DNA of 64,000 bases from an uncultured Acidimicrobiia bacterium (GTDB lineage Bacteria; Actinomycetota; Acidimicrobiia; Spongiisociales; UBA5794), in the NCBI GenBank assembly GCA_963812375.1, contig CAWEUW010000006.1, forward strand, positions 30,837-94,836, in the 5' to 3' direction. How positions within the stretch are numbered: the stretch's first letter is position 1; the number at the start of each line of letters is the position of its first letter. Both the position numbers and the translations under genes were made by a program. The notes beneath the pieces were generated by a model. The model ran no database searches, was not told the DNA's origin, and saw only the letters and a list, made by a program, of their open reading frames with translations. Of the stretch, positions 9,984-19,218 are shown in pieces.

Positions 9984-11183
9984 CTGTACCTGACGACACC
10001 GTTCCACCCCCGGGTGGAAGCGGCCAACACCACCGGGCTGTGGAGCCACTGGGCGGGGTACCTGGTCGCCGAGAAGTACCAGATGTCGGAGAAGTTCGAG
10101 TACTTCGCCGTCCGCAATGCCGTCGGCATGTTCGACACCTCGCCGCTGTACAAGTACCTGGTCAGCGGCCCGGACGCCGAGCGGTTCCTCGCCGGGGTCC
10201 TCGCCCGCGACATCCGCAGGTGCCGGCCCGGGCAGGCGCAGTACACGGTGTGGTGCGACGACCGCGGCTTCGTGGTCGAGGACGGGGTGGTGCTCCGGCT
10301 CGCCCCCGACGAGTTCATGATCAGCGCCGCCCGCCCCAACCTGGCCCACCTGCGCTCGCTGATCGGGTACGAGGCGGTGGAGATCGACGACGTCTCCGAC
10401 CAGTGGGGCACGTTGGCGGTGCAGGGCCCGGCGGCGCGCACCGTGCTCGCCCCGCTGGCGCCGGAGGTGGCCGGCCTCGCCTTCTTCGACCTCACCCCCA
10501 CCAAGCTGGCCGACATCCCGGTCACCGTCTCCCGCACCGGCTACACCGGCGGGCTCGGGTACGAGGTCTGGGTGCCGGCCGACCAGGCGGTCGCCGTGTG
10601 GGACGCCGTCGCCGAGGCGGGATCGGGGCACGGGTTGATGCCGTTCGGGCAGATCGCCCTGCTCATGGCGCGGATCGAGGCCGGGCTGCTGCTCATCGAC
10701 GTCGACTTCGAGTCGAGCCGGTTCGCCTTCAACGACGAGCACCGCTCGACCCCGCTCGAGCTGGGCTTCGGGTGGATGTTCCGCGACCTCGACACCGACG
10801 ACCGCCACTTCATCGGGCGGCCCGCCATCGCGCGGGAGCGCGCCGAAGGGACGTCACGCTGGAAGATGGTCGGGCTGGTGGTCGACTGGCACGAGTACGA
10901 CACGCTGTACAACGAGGCGCGGCTCATCCCGCCCAAGGACCACATCCCGGTCACCGAGGAGTTCATGCTCTACGACGCCGACGACGCCCGGGTCGGGTAC
11001 GCCACCAGCTTCATGTACTCCCCGATGCTGCAGCGCCACATCGCCCTGGCCCGGCTCCGCCCCGACATGGCCGCCACCGGCACCAGGGTCGACCTGGAGG
11101 TCAAGATCAACCACCGCTACCAGCGGGTCGGGGCCTACGCCGCCCGGCTGCCGCTGTACAAGCCCGACCACAAGACCGCCTGA
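9984..11183 (+). CDS. Aminomethyltransferase (GcvT/DmdA-type, folate-binding) family protein
   Basis: FAVRNAVGMFDTSPLYKYLVSGPDAERFL and TGYTGGLGYEVW. The ORF track starts at GTG 10014, but in-frame LYLTTPFHPR precedes it. CTG 9984 has a GGAGGG Shine-Dalgarno 5 nt upstream. The start is uncertain. Confidence 0.75.
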   Translation: MYLTTPFHPRVEAANTTGLWSHWAGYLVAEKYQMSEKFEYFAVRNAVGMFDTSPLYKYLVSGPDAERFLAGVLARDIRRCRPGQAQYTVWCDDRGFVVEDGVVLRLAPDEFMISAARPNLAHLRSLIGYEAVEIDDVSDQWGTLAVQGPAARTVLAPLAPEVAGLAFFDLTPTKLADIPVTVSRTGYTGGLGYEVWVPADQAVAVWDAVAEAGSGHGLMPFGQIALLMARIEAGLLLIDVDFESSRFAFNDEHRSTPLELGFGWMFRDLDTDDRHFIGRPAIARERAEGTSRWKMVGLVVDWHEYDTLYNEARLIPPKDHIPVTEEFMLYDADDARVGYATSFMYSPMLQRHIALARLRPDMAATGTRVDLEVKINHRYQRVGAYAARLPLYKPDHKTA

Positions 11184-11190
11184 GGATCCC

Positions 11191-12789
11191 ATGCCAACGT
11201 CACGCAGCTACGACGCCATCGTCATCGGGGCCGGCCACAACGGCCTGATCAACGGCGCCTACCTGGCCAAGGCCGGGCTTCGCACCCTGATCGTGGAGCG
11301 GCGTCACCTGGTGGGCGGGGCCGCCATCACCGAGGAGCTGTACCCCGGCTTCCAGTTCACCACCTTCTCCTACGCGCTGTCGCTGCTCCGCCCCGACATC
11401 ATCCACGAGCTGGAGCTGACCCGGTTCGGGTTCATGCCGCTGCTGATGCCGTCGGGGTTCGCTCCCGGCTACGACGGCGACCACCTGCTGATGGGCACCG
11501 ATCGCTTCGAGAACCTGCACGCCATCGCCCGCCGCTCTGCAGCCGACGCCGACGCCTACGAGCAGTACGAGCACGACGTGACCCAGGTGGCGCAGGCGAT
11601 CAAGCCGCTGGTCGACCGGATCCCGCCGGACATCTTCTCCAAGGACCCGGACGAGTTGATGCGGATGGCGGAGCTGGCCGGCCACCTCCGCTCGTTGGAA
11701 CCGCGGGTGCTCCACAACGCGGTACGGCTGCTCACCGGGTCGGCGGCCGACTTCCTCGACGACTACTTCGAGGACGAGCTGCTCAAGGGCTACCTGGCGT
11801 CGTCCTCGATCATCGGCTCCAAGGTGGGGCCCCGGTCCCAGGGCTCCGGGCTGGTGCTGCTCTACCACAAGCTGGGCGAGCACGACGGGTCCTTCGGGGC
11901 GTGGGCCTTCCACAAGGGAGGCAACGGCGGGTTCACCCAGGTGCTGGCCCGGGCCGCCGAGGGATTCGGCGCCGAGATCCTGCTCAACGCACCGGTGGAT
12001 GCGGTCACCACCGCCAACGGGCGGGCCACCGGCGTCGCCCTCGAAGACGGCACCGAGCTGCAGGCCGGCACCGTGGTCAGCTCGCTCGACCCTCGCCACA
12101 CGTTCATGCGACTGGTCGACCCGCGGGAGCTGCCCGCCGACCTGGTGGAGAACATCCGGCGGTTCAAGTTCCAGGGGACCTCGGCCAAGGTCAACTTCGC
12201 CCTCGACGGATTGCCCCGGTTCCCCGGCCTGCCCGAAGACGGCGCCCACTTCCGCGGCTTCACCAACATCGGCCCGTCGATCGACTACCTGGAGCGGGCC
12301 TTCGACGAGGCCAAGTACGGCTGGTACTCGTCGCAGCCCTACATCGACGCCTCGATCCAGTCGACCATCGATCCCGACATGGCGCCTCCGGGCAAGCACG
12401 TCATGTCGTGCTTCGTCCAGTACGCCCCCTACCACCTGAAGGGTGGTGGGGACTGGGACGTCGAGCGGGACGGTTTCGGCGACACGGTGCAGGCGACGTT
12501 GGAGTCGTTCTTCCCCGGGTTCGGTGACCTGGTCCTCCACCGCGAGGTGGTCACGCCGCTCGACATCGAGCGGGTGGTCGGGCTGTCGGAGGGCAACATC
12601 TTCGCCGGGGAGTTCCTCGCCCCCCAGATGTTCTTCTTCCGCCCGGCGCCGGGATGGAACCAGTACCGCACCCCGATAGACGGCTACTACCAGTGCGGTT
12701 CCGGCACCCACCCCGGCGGCTGCGTGATGGGGGCCCCGGGCCGGCTGGCCAGCCAGCAGATCCTCGGCGACCTCGCGGCCAAGGCCTGA
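11191..12789 (+). CDS. FAD/NAD(P)-binding oxidoreductase, phytoene desaturase (CrtI)-like family
   Basis: Intact 532-aa ORF with Rossmann motif YDAIVIGAGHNGLINGAYLAKAGLRTLIVERR. A 7-nt gap to the upstream gene suggests an operon. Confidence 0.8.
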   Translation: MPTSRSYDAIVIGAGHNGLINGAYLAKAGLRTLIVERRHLVGGAAITEELYPGFQFTTFSYALSLLRPDIIHELELTRFGFMPLLMPSGFAPGYDGDHLLMGTDRFENLHAIARRSAADADAYEQYEHDVTQVAQAIKPLVDRIPPDIFSKDPDELMRMAELAGHLRSLEPRVLHNAVRLLTGSAADFLDDYFEDELLKGYLASSSIIGSKVGPRSQGSGLVLLYHKLGEHDGSFGAWAFHKGGNGGFTQVLARAAEGFGAEILLNAPVDAVTTANGRATGVALEDGTELQAGTVVSSLDPRHTFMRLVDPRELPADLVENIRRFKFQGTSAKVNFALDGLPRFPGLPEDGAHFRGFTNIGPSIDYLERAFDEAKYGWYSSQPYIDASIQSTIDPDMAPPGKHVMSCFVQYAPYHLKGGGDWDVERDGFGDTVQATLESFFPGFGDLVLHREVVTPLDIERVVGLSEGNIFAGEFLAPQMFFFRPAPGWNQYRTPIDGYYQCGSGTHPGGCVMGAPGRLASQQILGDLAAKA

Positions 12790-12791
12790 GC

Positions 12792-13056
12792 GTGCCCGAG
12801 GGTCTGCTCCCGCGGGTCCTCGTCGTCCTCGGCTTCGTCGCCCAGCTCGGGGTCGGTTTCGTGGTGATGGTGAGCGGGCTGATCATGCCGCTGTGGGCCA
12901 TCCTCGCCCTCGGCGCCGTCTGGGCCGTCGGACTGGCGGTGATGATCCGCAACCGCATCGTCCCCGCTGACCGTGATCGCCGTTCCCGTCCTCACGCTCG
13001 GCCTGTGGGCCCTGACCGGTTGGGCAGGCGAGCGCTACCTCGACTGGACCGCGTAG
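12792..13056 (+). CDS. Small hydrophobic membrane protein (hypothetical)
   Basis: GTG 12792 lies just after the upstream stop. Two or three hydrophobic helices (LVVLGFVAQLGVGFVVMVSGLIMPLWAILALGAVWAVGLAVMI). A shift near 12965 yields LTVIAVPVLTLGLWALTGWAGERYLDWTA-TAG at 13054-13056. Confidence 0.4.
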
Positions 13057-13098
13057 CGCCTCGCGAGCTCGAGAGGGCTGGCCGGGCTCCGGATGAAT

Positions 13099-13114
13099 GT
13101 GCTACAAGTAGCAC
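13099..13114. promoter_or_regulatory. Perfect inverted repeat GTGCTAC-AA-GTAGCAC, candidate vapB operator
   Basis: The 7-bp arms are perfectly complementary. The repeat ends 1 nt before the vapB ATG (13116) in a locally AT-richer patch. Confidence 0.5.
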
Positions 13115-13115
13115 T

Positions 13116-13391
13116 ATGACGTCAGTCGGTATCCGTGAGCTGAGGCAGAAGGCGAGTGAGTACCTTCGCCGGGTCGCCGCCGGGGAGACCATCGAGGTGA
13201 CCGATCGCGGCCGGCCGGTCGCGCTGCTCACTCCGATTCCCGAGGCGCCACCACTCGAGCAGCTGCGGTCGGCCGGCGACCTCGACGAGGCGACCGGGAC
13301 GGTCGACGACCTGCCCGAACCGCTCGAGCTCGACGCGGGGATCGAGACGCCGTCCGATGTGCTCGCCCGACTGCGCGCCGATGAGCGGTGA
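13116..13391 (+). CDS. vapB: Phd/YefM-type type II antitoxin
   Basis: The 91-aa product MTSVGIRELRQKASEYLRRVAAGETIEVTDRGRPVALLTP is a canonical Phd/YefM N-terminus. Its stop overlaps the toxin start by 11 nt. Confidence 0.85.
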   Translation: MTSVGIRELRQKASEYLRRVAAGETIEVTDRGRPVALLTPIPEAPPLEQLRSAGDLDEATGTVDDLPEPLELDAGIETPSDVLARLRADER

Positions 13392-13781
13392 CCGGGTCAC
13401 CTACCTCGACTCGTCGGCGATCGTCAAGCTGGTGGTACGCGAGTCGGAGTCGGCCTCCCTTCGACGCTTCCTACGACGCCGAGTGCTGGTGTCGAGCGCT
13501 CTCGCCAAGGCGGAGGTCGCCCGGGCGATGATCCATGTCGGCGAAGATCGGCCTGCGCCGCGCCGAGCAGGTCCTCGCAGAGGTGGAACTGGTCCGGATC
13601 AACGATCGTGTGCTCGTCCGAGCGGGCCGGCTCGAACCCAACACGCTTCGCACCCTGGATGCCATCCACCTCGCCACGGCCGCCATGTTCGAGGAGATCG
13701 CTCGCCTGCCTGGTGTCGTACGACTCACGGATGGCCGCCGCAGCCGAGGCGATGGGGTGGAGTGTCCGGCACCCAGCCTGA
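13381..13781 (+). CDS. vapC: PIN-domain ribonuclease toxin (VapC)
   Basis: ATG 13381. YLDSSAIVKLV supplies the first PIN acidic residue, followed by LRTLDAIHLATA and VVSYDSRMAAAAEAMGWSV. Three frames are used, with breaks near 13530 and 13715. TGA at 13779-13781. Confidence 0.75.
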
Positions 13782-13884
13782 CCCGCACCCGGTTGAACCA
13801 GAACCGCTCCTCGGCGCAGCCGAACCAGGCCCGTTGGCCGCCTGCCGTCGTGACGTATCCTTGGAACCGGCCCCATTGGGACTC

Positions 13885-15076
13885 CTAGCCGCCGACGTCC
13901 TCGAAACGGTTGCTCTCCGGGACGACCGGTGACATCCCCGCCGCGGTAGGCGGCGGCGACCATCGAGTGGAACTGGTGCAGCGTGCTCTCCCACGGGCTC
14001 AGCGGCCCGGGGGCGAAGCCGCGGTTGCCGGCGCCCTTCTGGACGTGCTCGCAGGCGTTCCAGTCCTCCCGGTTGGTGATGTCCCAGAAGTCGACGGCGT
14101 AGGCGGGGTCGAACCCGTCCAACTCGAGCGACTCGGGGGCGAACAGCCAGTCGCACTCAACGAAGCTGCGCCCGGGGCCGAGCGGGACGATGCGGTGGGT
14201 CATCACGTAGTCGGGGTGGGCGCTGATGAGCAGGTTCGGCCACAGCCCGACATACACCACCTTGCGCGCCTGGTCGGCGTCGAGCCGCCGAAAGTTCCTT
14301 CCCTCCGATGCGCCGGTGAGCGACATGGTGACCGCATGGTCCTTGAGCTCCATCTCCCCGCCGCACCACAGGCCGCCGGGCTCGATGTCCCGCCCCGAGT
14401 CGGGCGGGCTGACCTGGCAGAGCTCGGGGTGGATGGTGTTGCAGTGGTAGCACTCGTGGTAATTCTCCACGATCAACTTCCAGTTGGCGGCCACCTCGTA
14501 TGCATGGCGCGCCACCATCGACAGGCGGCCCGGCTCGTAGGGGGCGAACAGCTCGGCAAGTCCGCCGTAGGTCTGCCCCAGCGGAGGCGCCTCCCCGGAC
14601 AGGTCGAGGAAGAGCCAGCCCATGAGGTCGCCCACGGCCACGGCGGAGAGCGGCCAGATCGCCGGGTCGAAGTCGACAGCCTGGGTGAGCGTGGGCGCCG
14701 ACCGCAGCGACCCGTCGAGTCGGTAGGACCACGAGTGGTAGGGGCACCGGACCAGCCGGGCGTCGATGGCCTCGCCGGGCTCGACCAGGGTGTGGCCCCG
14801 GTGGCGGCACACGTTGGAGAACCCGCGTACTGCGCCGTCGGCGTCCCTGGTGAGCAGTATCGACTCGGCGCCGTGGTCGACGCCTCGCACCTGGCCGGGG
14901 GCGAGCAGGTCGTCGGTGCGGCCCAGGCAGATCCAGGTCCGGTCGAAGATCTCGGAGCGCTCCCATTCGAAAACCTCGGCCGACGTGAACGCCGCCGCCG
15001 GCAGCGTCCGGCTGCTCCCGAACGGGCGCGCCAGTTCGGCGACATGCTGCTGGTCGATCGGTGCCGGTCGGCCCAC
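13885..15076 (-). CDS. Rieske [2Fe-2S] non-heme iron oxygenase, alpha subunit-like
   Basis: Rieske motif CRHRGHTL...CPYHSWSY and catalytic region ENYHECYHCNTIHPE. The raw ORF runs on antisense into vapC. A shift near 13940 gives ...MSPVVPESNRFEDVGG-TAG ending at 13885. Confidence 0.8.
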
Positions 15077-15183
15077 TCACCCACCTCCGAGGAAGGTCTC
15101 CTGGCGGGTCGAGCGTAGCGGCTCGGCTCCGACCTCCGGCACCGGGACCGGAGCCGCCGGCGGCACCCGGTACCCTTGCCGGC

Positions 15184-16107
15184 ATGGTCGCCACCCGGTC
15201 ATCGGAGACCACCGACACCGTGGTCCGGCGTCTCGCCACCGGGGTGCTGGTCTTCACCGTGCTGGTCATCCTGGGCGGGTCGGTGGTGCGGGCCACCGAG
15301 TCGGGCGCGGGCTGCGGGGACCAGTGGCCCCGTTGCGAGGGCCACATCATCCCCTGGTCGGCGGAGGGCGCCACCACGATCGAGTTCGCCCACCGGGCGT
15401 CGACCGCCATCCTCGGGATCCTGCTCGTCGCCCTCGTCGTCACCGTGGTCCGACGCACCGAGCGCGGGGCGCCGATCCGCCGTGCCCTCGCCTGGGCGGG
15501 GGCCTTCTTCGTCGCCGAGGTCGCCATCGGGGCGCTGCTGGTGCTCTTCGGCTGGGTCGACCAGGACGCCTCGATCGGGCGGGTGGTGGCCATGACCGTC
15601 CACCTGGCCAATACCTTCCTGCTGCTGGCCGCGCTCACCTTGGTGGTGTGGTTGGCGCGTGGGGGTGCCCCGCCGCGGGTCGACCTGGGGCGGACCGCCG
15701 ACCGGCTGCTCCTGGCCGGTGCCGTCGTCCTCCTCGTGGTCGCCGCTTCCGGCGCCCTCAACGCGCTGGCCGACACGCTGTTCCCTGCCGATGAGTCGTC
15801 AGGCTCCGGCCACTTCCTCGCCGACCTCCGGGTGCTGCACCCGATGATCGCCATCGTCGGAGGTGTGGCGGTGGTGCTCCTGTCCCGGGCCAGGGCGCTC
15901 GCCGGCGCCGCCGCCGAGCCGTGGCGACGCGCCATCGCGGTCATCGTGGCGATCCAGTTCGCCATGGGTGTCGTCAACATCGCCCTGCTGACGCCGGTGG
16001 AGACCCAGGTGCTGCACCTGCTCCTGGCCGATACGCTGTGGATCGTGTGGATCGTGTTCGGAGCCTCGGTGATCGCCGCCGAGCAGCTCGAGGCCCAGAA
16101 GTCATGA
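15184..16107 (+). CDS. ctaA: Heme A synthase (COX15/CtaA)
   Basis: Polytopic membrane protein with GCGDQWPRCEG and conserved His residues (FAHRAS, VHLAN, VLHPM, HLLLAD). ATG 15184 lies inside ORF 15061..16107. Confidence 0.85.
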   Translation: MVATRSSETTDTVVRRLATGVLVFTVLVILGGSVVRATESGAGCGDQWPRCEGHIIPWSAEGATTIEFAHRASTAILGILLVALVVTVVRRTERGAPIRRALAWAGAFFVAEVAIGALLVLFGWVDQDASIGRVVAMTVHLANTFLLLAALTLVVWLARGGAPPRVDLGRTADRLLLAGAVVLLVVAASGALNALADTLFPADESSGSGHFLADLRVLHPMIAIVGGVAVVLLSRARALAGAAAEPWRRAIAVIVAIQFAMGVVNIALLTPVETQVLHLLLADTLWIVWIVFGASVIAAEQLEAQKS

Positions 16108-16175
16108 GTGTGAGGGTTCGCCGGAGGCGGAGACTCGGCGGTTGGGGCTGGGGACCCCGAGAGCCATGAGTGAAG
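16108..16175 (+). repeat. Short copy of the dispersed 5'-leader repeat also found at 59405-59606
   Basis: GAGGGTTCGCCGGAGGCGGAGACTCGGCGGTTGGGGCTGGGGACCCCGAGAGCCATGAGTGAAG aligns at about 80% to the reverse complement of the 91-bp unit at 59425-59515, minus an internal deletion of about 25 nt. It fills the ctaA-ctaB spacer. Confidence 0.55.
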
Positions 16176-17068
16176 CCAGGATCACCGATCCTCGTGCCGT
16201 GGTCACCGCCGGTGACCGCGTCCGCGCCTACGTCGAGCTGACCAAGCCCCGCATCATCGAACTCCTCCTCATCACCACGGTGCCGGCGATGATCGTCGCC
16301 GCCGAGGGCTGGCCCGGGCTCGGGCTGATCGTGGCCACCCTGGTGGGCGGGACGCTGTCGGCCGCCGGGGCCAACACCCTCAACCAGGTGCTCGACCGTG
16401 ACATCGACCGGGTGATGAGGCGCACCGCCTCCCGGCCGTTGCCCACCGATCGGGTGACGCCGGGTCACGCCATGGTCTTCGGCGTGGCGTTGGGCATCGC
16501 CGGGTTCGCCTGGCTGTGGGCGACCACCAACCTGCTCGCCGCCCTCCTGTCCACCGCCGGGCTGGCGTTCTACGTGCTGGTCTACACCATGTGGCTGAAG
16601 CGGACCACCACCCAGAACATCGTGATCGGGGGAGCCGCCGGCGCCGTGCCCCCTCTCGTGGGCTGGGCGGCGGTGACCGGTTCGCTGGCCCTCCCCGCCT
16701 GGTTCATGTTCGCCATCGTCTTCTACTGGACCCCGCCGCACTTCTGGGCGCTGTCGCTCCGCTACCGCGACGACTACGCCGCCGCAGGGGTCCCGATGAT
16801 GCCGGTCGTGGTCGGCGTCGAACGAACCCTCGACCACATCGTCCGCTACAGCATGCTGGTCGCCGGAGTCTCCCTGCTCCCGTACACGGTGGGTGTCGTC
16901 GGGCTCTTCTATCTGTCGGTGGCGGTGGTGCTCGGGATTGCCCTGGTGGTCGCCGCGCTCCGCCTGCGCCGGCTGCCGTCCGAGGCCATGAGGTTCTTCG
17001 GCTGGACCAACCTCTACCTCGCCGGGATCTTCCTGGCGATGGCGGTCGATGTCCTCGTCTGGGCGTGA
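16166..17068 (+). CDS. ctaB: Protoheme IX farnesyltransferase (heme O synthase)
   Basis: UbiA family: NQVLDRDIDRVMRRTASRPLP and YWTPPHFWALS. ATG 16166, with alternative TTG 16142. Confidence 0.9.
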   Translation: MSEARITDPRAVVTAGDRVRAYVELTKPRIIELLLITTVPAMIVAAEGWPGLGLIVATLVGGTLSAAGANTLNQVLDRDIDRVMRRTASRPLPTDRVTPGHAMVFGVALGIAGFAWLWATTNLLAALLSTAGLAFYVLVYTMWLKRTTTQNIVIGGAAGAVPPLVGWAAVTGSLALPAWFMFAIVFYWTPPHFWALSLRYRDDYAAAGVPMMPVVVGVERTLDHIVRYSMLVAGVSLLPYTVGVVGLFYLSVAVVLGIALVVAALRLRRLPSEAMRFFGWTNLYLAGIFLAMAVDVLVWA

Positions 17069-18123
17069 CCGGGGGGTGACACCGGAGGACACCGCTCCGA
17101 TCAGGCCAGAGGAGCGATTCGACGAGCGGTCCCTCGCCGCACACCTGCGCCGCCACCTCCCGGAGCTCGTGGGCGAGGGTGAGGTCACCTTCGACCAGTT
17201 CCCCGGCGGAGCCGCCAACCTCACCTACCGGGCGGTGGCGGGGGACGTCGAGCTGGTGATCCGCCGGGCGCCGCTCGGGCCCGTGGCCGCCGCCGGCCAC
17301 GACATGGCCCGGGAGTACCGGGTGCTGTCCCGGTTGTGGAGCGCCTACCCGCTGGCTCCCCGCGCCTTCCACTACTGCGACGACCCGGACGTCATCGGCA
17401 AGCCCTTCGTGGTGATGGAGCGCCGCCGCGGGTGGGTCATCCGCGACCGGTGGCCACCCGGGTACGACGACCGGGCATCGCAGCGGCGACTGGCGGTGAA
17501 CCTGGTGGCCGCGCTGGCCGACCTGCACCGGGTCGATCCCGGAGCCGTGGGACTGGGCGAGCTGGGCCGACCCGACGGCTTCGTCACCCGTCAGATCGAA
17601 GGGTGGGCGGGGCGGTGGGAGGCGGCCGCCACCCGGTCGGTGGCCGACATGCACCGTCGCAGCCGAGCTCCTGCGGGCGACTGCTCCCGCGCCGCAGGCC
17701 GTCGCCGTGCTCCACAACGACTTCAAGCTGGACAACACCATGGTCGGCGACGGGGGCGACCTGGTGGCGGTGCTCGACTGGGACATGGCGACCCTGGGTG
17801 ATCCCCTCGTGGACCTGGGCACCCTGCTCGCCTACTGGGTCGACCCCGAAGGGCCCACGTACCCGATCTTCGGGGAGCGGGCGGTGACGCTGGCCCCGGT
17901 GCTGCCGCGTTCGGACGTGATCGCCGCCTACGGGGACGCCACCGGGTTCGACCTGTCGACGGTCAGGTTCTACGAGGGCCTGGCGCTGTACCGGATCGCG
18001 GTGATCATCGAGCAGATCTACAGCCGGTACGTGTCCGGGCAGACCAGCGACCCCCGGTTCGCCCGGTTCGAGCCCATCGCCCCGATCCTCGCCGCCGCCG
18101 CGGTCGACAGGTTGCGGTACTGA
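17049..18123 (+). CDS. Aminoglycoside/choline-kinase-like phosphotransferase (APH family)
   Basis: Catalytic loop LHNDFKLDN and DWDMATLGDP. The N-half is in ORF 17049..17801 and the C-half in ORF 17707..18123, with a break near 17650-17700. GTG 17076 is a possible start. Confidence 0.75.
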
Positions 18124-18129
18124 TCCGGC

Positions 18130-18590
18130 CTACTCAACGACCAGCTCGAAGAGCGGCACGCCGGCGTTCTCCAGCTCGACCTCGAAGACCCCGGGGACGT
18201 CGGCGACGAACGTGATCCGCCCGGGCACGTCGGGCTCGAGCTCGGCGAAGAGGTCGTAGCTGTGCACGTGCACCTCGTCGGCGAAGGTGGAGGTGACGGT
18301 GATGGTGACCTCCTCGCCCAGCGGCACGTCATACCGGTCCTCGGCGTCGATCCCGTCATCGGTGACGACCACGTCGATGGAGACACCGGACGCGGTGGCG
18401 GTGGTGGGCGGAACGGCAGACGTGGTGGTGGAGGTGGTGGCCGGAGCCGCGGTAGCCGGGACGGTCGACGTCGGTGCCGCGGAGGTGGTGGTGGCCCGGG
18501 TCGTGGTCGTGGCGTCGTCGCCGTCACCGCCGCACGCCGACATGGCGAGACGCCAGTACCGCAGACAACGAGGACCCTCCGGGCGACCAT
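18130..18590 (-). CDS. Putative secreted lipoprotein with Thr/Ala-rich linker and beta-rich C-domain
   Basis: ORF 18130..18543 starts MSACGGDGDD. Upstream, ATG 18590 gives MVARRVLVVCGTGV in another frame, so a signal peptide plus lipobox Cys is likely once a break near 18545 is stitched. Confidence 0.45.
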
Positions 18591-18638
18591 GGCCGGCGAT
18601 CCTAGGGCGGCGTCGTGTCTACCCGATCGACCAGCATG

Positions 18639-18667
18639 TTGACACGCTTGCTGAGTGTGTGTAATCA
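18639..18667 (+). promoter_or_regulatory. Sigma-70-type promoter candidate driving a leaderless mRNA
   Basis: TTGACA (18639-18644), a 17-nt spacer, TAATCA (18662-18667), preceded by TGTG. The ATG at 18675 lies 7 nt downstream of the -10 element. Confidence 0.45.
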
Positions 18668-18674
18668 TGTAAAC

Positions 18675-19211
18675 ATGACAGGTGTCGAAGAGATCGCAGA
18701 GTGGTTCCGGTCGCACCGTGGGGACTGGGTGGTCGACGAGGTGACCGCCGACGCCGACGAGGTCCTGGTGGTGCTCGACATCGGGGAGCCGGAGCTCGTC
18801 GGAGAGGTCAGTGACGACGAGCGGATGGCCGCCCGCAAGGCGAGGATGGCCGCCTTCCGGGAGGACACCCGGGGAAGGCGCATGGAGATCGCCGCCGCCG
18901 CCGAGACGCGGTTCGGCCGCAAGGTCTCCTGGGGTGTCCGCTCCGGGGAGTCGCGCCGTCTGTACACGCACATGGCGATACCGGCGATGACCCGGCTGCG
19001 CGTCTCCGAGCGCCGAGTGCTCGACACGCTGGTCGAGTCGGGGGTCGCCCGCAGCCGCAGCCACGCCCTGGCTTGGTGTGTGCGAATGGTCGGCGACCAT
19101 CTGGAGGAGTGGCTGGCCGAGCTCCGTGAGGCGCTGGTCCACGTCGACGAGGTGCGGCGGCGCGGGCCCTCGCCGGGTCATGCCCCGGGTCCGGCAGGCG
19201 ACAGCTCCTGA
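18675..19211 (+). CDS. Hypothetical protein with ribbon-helix-helix-like C-terminal region
   Basis: ATG 18675 inside ORF 18615..19211. The acidic N-domain is followed by MTRLRVSERRVLDTLVESGVARSRSHALAWCV, a beta strand plus two helices resembling a CopG/Arc-type fold. Confidence 0.45.
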   Translation: MTGVEEIAEWFRSHRGDWVVDEVTADADEVLVVLDIGEPELVGEVSDDERMAARKARMAAFREDTRGRRMEIAAAAETRFGRKVSWGVRSGESRRLYTHMAIPAMTRLRVSERRVLDTLVESGVARSRSHALAWCVRMVGDHLEEWLAELREALVHVDEVRRRGPSPGHAPGPAGDSS

Positions 19212-19218
19212 CGCCCGG

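Noticed and set aside
14157-15980. Long antisense or off-frame ORFs with Arg/Pro/Ala/Gly-rich translations (also 74-937, 16704-17822, 23127-24995, 38086-39591, 51961-53037 in part)
   Set aside because: These are typical shadow ORFs of a 70% GC genome. They have no family motifs and a low-complexity composition, and each overlaps a gene with clear motifs on another frame or strand.
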